The position numbers and the translations under genes were made by a program. From positions 62,001 through 126,000 of the forward strand of contig NIVC01000854.1 in assembly GCA_002269645.1 (NCBI GenBank): 64,000 bases of DNA, written 5' to 3'. The notes under the pieces were generated by a model. It was given only the letters and a program-made list of their open reading frames with translations. It was not told the origin of the DNA and ran no database searches. Below are positions 60,481-64,000 of the stretch, piece after piece. Source of the DNA: Macrostomum lignano (Eukaryota). Positions within the stretch are counted from its first letter, which is position 1, and the number at the start of each line of letters is the position of its first letter.

Positions 60481-60726
60481 TCAGTGACATTTACTTTACT
60501 TATTTCTCTAAGTATTTATATATGGTCTTATTTCAATGTTAAACCCATAAGTGTGCTTCCTATTCAAATATCAGCTTTTTGAACTAAAAAATGCTGGACG
60601 GAAGTGAACCAAAATGCAATAAAAATAATTTAAAGTAATATTCCTACAAGTTCTACTTCAAATTTAGAGTTTAGCTTAAAGACCAGTTAAGACCAGCTAC
60701 GCGCACTCGTGTTTGGCCATTATTTC

Positions 60727-63700
60727 TTTAATGACTCAGACTAGCTATTTAGTTTTGGCGAGAGAAAAACGATGCACTTAACTGAGCCGACTGCTCAATT
60801 CAATATATTTATAGGCACGAGAGTATTGCGTAATAAGAATATTGCTACGAATTCATTGACCAAGCCAGCCGTACATTATTACCGCGCAGAGCGTACACTA
60901 CATCTCTCCTCATATCGGATTAAAAGTGCAACTGCAAAAGGTTTTTAAAAAAATGAAAGATACCACAAATAAATATTGCAAAGAAGAAACATTATTCAAC
61001 AAAATGAGACACTATCTGACACAAAATGTTACTGATTATAGTGCATTAGCCAGAGAATGACAATCTTTTCGCAAGCTCGCGATGCAAAAGCAAAATCAAA
61101 GTGCACCCAAAGATATTAGCGTCAGTCTGCCAAGCGCGAGTTATAGTTAAACCCTATAGTTCACTCTCACCTTGGCCTCTCGGGGGTGTGGTCGCAGCGC
61201 AATTGGAGAGGTCGCGGGTTCGCTCCCTGCAGCTTGTAGGATCGGAGGTGCGGGCTCCCCGACAGGAAAATCGGGCTCTGTATCCGGCGCTACCCGCTTC
61301 AGGTCAGTGCAGTGCCGCCTGAAAACTCTGGCGCCCTGCCGAATGGTCATCGAGTCGCCCTTGACCTTCTCGACCAGCCAGGGTGCCCACTCGAACGGAG
61401 TCTCGCCCTTGAGCGGATTTAGTCGGCGCCGCAGCACTGTGTCGCCGACTTTGAGACCGTGCGGTCTCGCCTGCCGTTGCTTGTCGGTGTAGCGCTTGTC
61501 CTTTGCCTTCACGTCGCCGAAAGCTTTTGTTTCTCGAGGTCGGTCCATGCCCAGGGCTCGCCTTTCCTAGTCAGATTGTGCAGCGGCCTCGCTACGTCCG
61601 CCAGCCCGGGGGTGAATGAGGCCAGATAGTTGACCAGGCCTAGGAACGAGCGCACCTCTGTGGCAGTCTTTGGCTCGGCGAATGCGTGAATGGCCTCCAG
61701 CTTGGACTGGGTTGGTCTGACCCCTTCACGAGACAGCCGCATCCCCATGAATGTGACCTCGGTACGGGCGAGCTTGCATTTTAACGGATTTAGCGTCAGC
61801 CCGTGCTGCGCGAGTCGTCGCAGACATGCCTGCAGGTTGCTGTGGTGCTCCGCCGCGCTGTGCCCATACACGATGATGTCGTCTTGAATCCATTTTACTT
61901 TCGGGAGTCCAGCTAGCACGGATGACATGACCGCCTGGAGAATTTCCTGGGCCGTAGACAGTCCCATACAGAGCCGTGTCAGCCGCCGCAGGCCTCGTGG
62001 CGTCGAAAAAGTCAGAAGATGGCGGCATTCGTCGGCGACTGGGATTTGATAAAATGCCTTCGCAATGTCGAGCTCTGAGAATAGCTGCGCCCCCGCCATG
62101 TCTCCCGTCACCTCCTCGAATGTCGGGATGGGATGCCGCTCTCTAATGACCGACTTGTTCAGGTCTCTCAAGTCCTGCGTAATCCTGATCTCGCCTGGGG
62201 TCTGCTTGGGCACGACGACGATGCGAGCTACCCACTGACAGGGGCCTTCAACCGGCTCGATGATGTCTTGGTCCTCGAGGCACTGTAGCTCGGCGTCGAC
62301 TGCCTGTGCGAGATGTATTGGCACCCTTGATGGGGAATGACAGACCGGCCTGGCTCCCTCTTCCAGGAAGATGCGGGCGGCATAGTTTTTGAGCCTGCCG
62401 ATTCCGCTGAAGACTTGTGCGTTCTCCGTCAGGAGTTCGTCCAGGGCCGGTGCCCCCGGCGCATGTAGGACTTCCTTTGGGATCCCTGCTAGCATGCTGT
62501 CTAGCGAGACCTCGGGATACGGACGCAGCTGGCATGCCACCTTGTTCTCCGGGCCGACTCGCAGAATCTGAAGTCTTTCAGCGCTTCTCCGGCCAATGAT
62601 GCAAGCGCCCTCACCGTCGAGCACCAAGAACGGTAGTGTCTCGTGGATCTCGAACACGCTGACTTGCAGGTCTGCCTTGCCCAGCAGTCTCAGTGGCTCT
62701 TGGCTTCCGTACGGGTAGACCTTGTCGCTGGCGGGCTGCAGCGCGGCTTTTTGCGGCATCCTGTCGTAGGCCGCCCTGTCGATGATGTTGCAGGCCGCGC
62801 CGCTGTCGATGAGCACATTTGCCTTGAGCTCGTTAATGGTCGCAGGCGTCCAAGCTGAGCCGCAGTTCCGCAGGGTAAATAGCTCGTGCTCGACGGGGTC
62901 GTTCTGCAGATATTCGATTCGTCCTGGCGGAGCGCCCTCCTGCGGTTCGTTAACGTTCCTCAGAGGGACTTTAGCTGCTCCTCGGCACGCCCGAGCGAAA
63001 TGACCTATCTTTCCGCAGCGTCGACACGCCTTGTTGCGGGCTGCCTCGCACGTCCGATGCCCTGGCCGCCGCAGCGATCGCAGTTAATGCCGCTGTCTCT
63101 TGCCGCGGCAGCCGGCCTGGTTGAATGCAATGGTTGGTTACGAGGTGGGCGCAGCGCCGCCACATTCGAAGCGGAAGGATGGCCCGTGTCGGCTGCGGTG
63201 CCGATCTCCATGGCCTGGGCCTGCTGTTCCGCTGCCTCCCTCGCTCTGATTCGCTTCATAACATCGTCCAAGGAGACATCGTTGAGCTGCAGGAGTTCCC
63301 TCCTGATCCTGTCGGACCGGTAATGAGCCACGATCTTGTCCCTGATGATAGAGTCTCGGAGTTCGCCGGATGTGCATTGGTCCGCAGCCTTGCGTAGCCG
63401 ATGGTATCAGGCCTCAATTGACTCTTCTTCCTCCTGCCGGCAGATTTCAGATTGGTACCTGAGGAAGACAACGCTGTTCTTTTAGTCGAAGGTTCCCTGC
63501 AACTCTTTGATGAGCTCCTCGGCGGATTCTCCTTTCTCCACGCCGTTATCGTCCATGAAGTCTTCCAGCTTCTCGCCTGCTGTGTAAACTAAGAGTTTCA
63601 GCTGCTGTGTCGCATCTGTGATGCCGGCTGCGCGTATGTAGCTGTTGAACCTTCGTGTCCATGTTTTCCATCGCTGAGCTCTTGTCAGAGGATCGCCTTC

Positions 63701-63982
63701 GAGGTTAAAGACGTCTGGTGCCGCGAGTTGCAGGGCCTGTGCCATATTTGCTGAATCACCGGTCGCTATCAGTGCGCGGGGGGTGGGCCTCACTGAGAGT
63801 TTGCTTGCGACGCCATGTAATGACTCAGACTAGCTATTTAGTTTTGGCGAGAGAAAAACGATGCACTTAACTGAGCAATTCAATATATTTATAGGCACGA
63901 GAGTATTGCGTAATAAGAATATTGCTACGAATTCATTGACCAAGCCAGCCGTACATTATTACCGCGCAGAGCGTACACTACA
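60727..63982 (-). mobile_element. Ty3/Gypsy (Mag-like) LTR retrotransposon, internally deleted (no RNase H or integrase core), frameshifted
   Basis: LTRs 63816-63982 (167 bp) and 60727-60902 (176 bp); 5-bp TSD ATTTC; PBS TGGCGTCGCAAGC at 63815-63803; PPT GAGGAGAGA at 60911-60903; gag (QRWKTWTRRF, two CCHC knuckles), protease LIDSGAACN, RT LRDLN/ELDIAKAFYQI/QDDIIVYG. Confidence 0.92.
61509..62816 (-). pseudogene. Gypsy protease + reverse transcriptase ORF, ending at a frameshift just before the internal deletion
   Basis: ORF-track translation with DSG protease and RT motifs through EVRSFLGLVNY...WAWTD. Confidence 0.85.
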
Positions 63983-64000
63983 ATTTCAGTCCCTTATCTA

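Noticed and set aside
61870-61895. Gypsy RT active-site motif reads IQDD instead of YxDD
   Set aside because: Variation at the first two positions is common in Mag-like Ty3/Gypsy RTs and both aspartates are intact.

Overview
Eukaryotic, intron-rich metazoan DNA. The repeat landscape and gene families suggest a free-living flatworm such as Macrostomum; this is an inference, not a database result. Seven host genes can be assembled by hand from splice signals: an ankyrin-repeat + cGAS/Mab-21-like nucleotidyltransferase (runs off the left edge), a fatty-acid-binding protein, a METTL24-like methyltransferase, RBM22 without its RRM, ABHD16A, a divergent class-A GPCR nested antisense in an ABHD16A intron, and a secreted CUB + 9x LDLa protein. 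Mobile DNA includes a full-length LOA/Lian-type LINE (APE-RT-RNase H), a 5'-truncated copy of it, a split/inverted RTE relic, a young non-autonomous LTR element, an internally deleted Mag-type Ty3/Gypsy, a decayed Tc1, four head-to-tail non-autonomous Helitrons, two SINE families and MITEs. Many introns carry their own tandem repeat. Best leads: (1) a complete HDV-like ribozyme fold in the LINE 5' UTR; (2) the ankyrin-cGAS-like receptor; (3) two sharply bounded CpG-desert, TAGGCCTA-rich domains at the 5' ends of the two housekeeping genes; (4) RRM-less RBM22. All counts were made by eye and coordinates of degenerate repeats are approximate.
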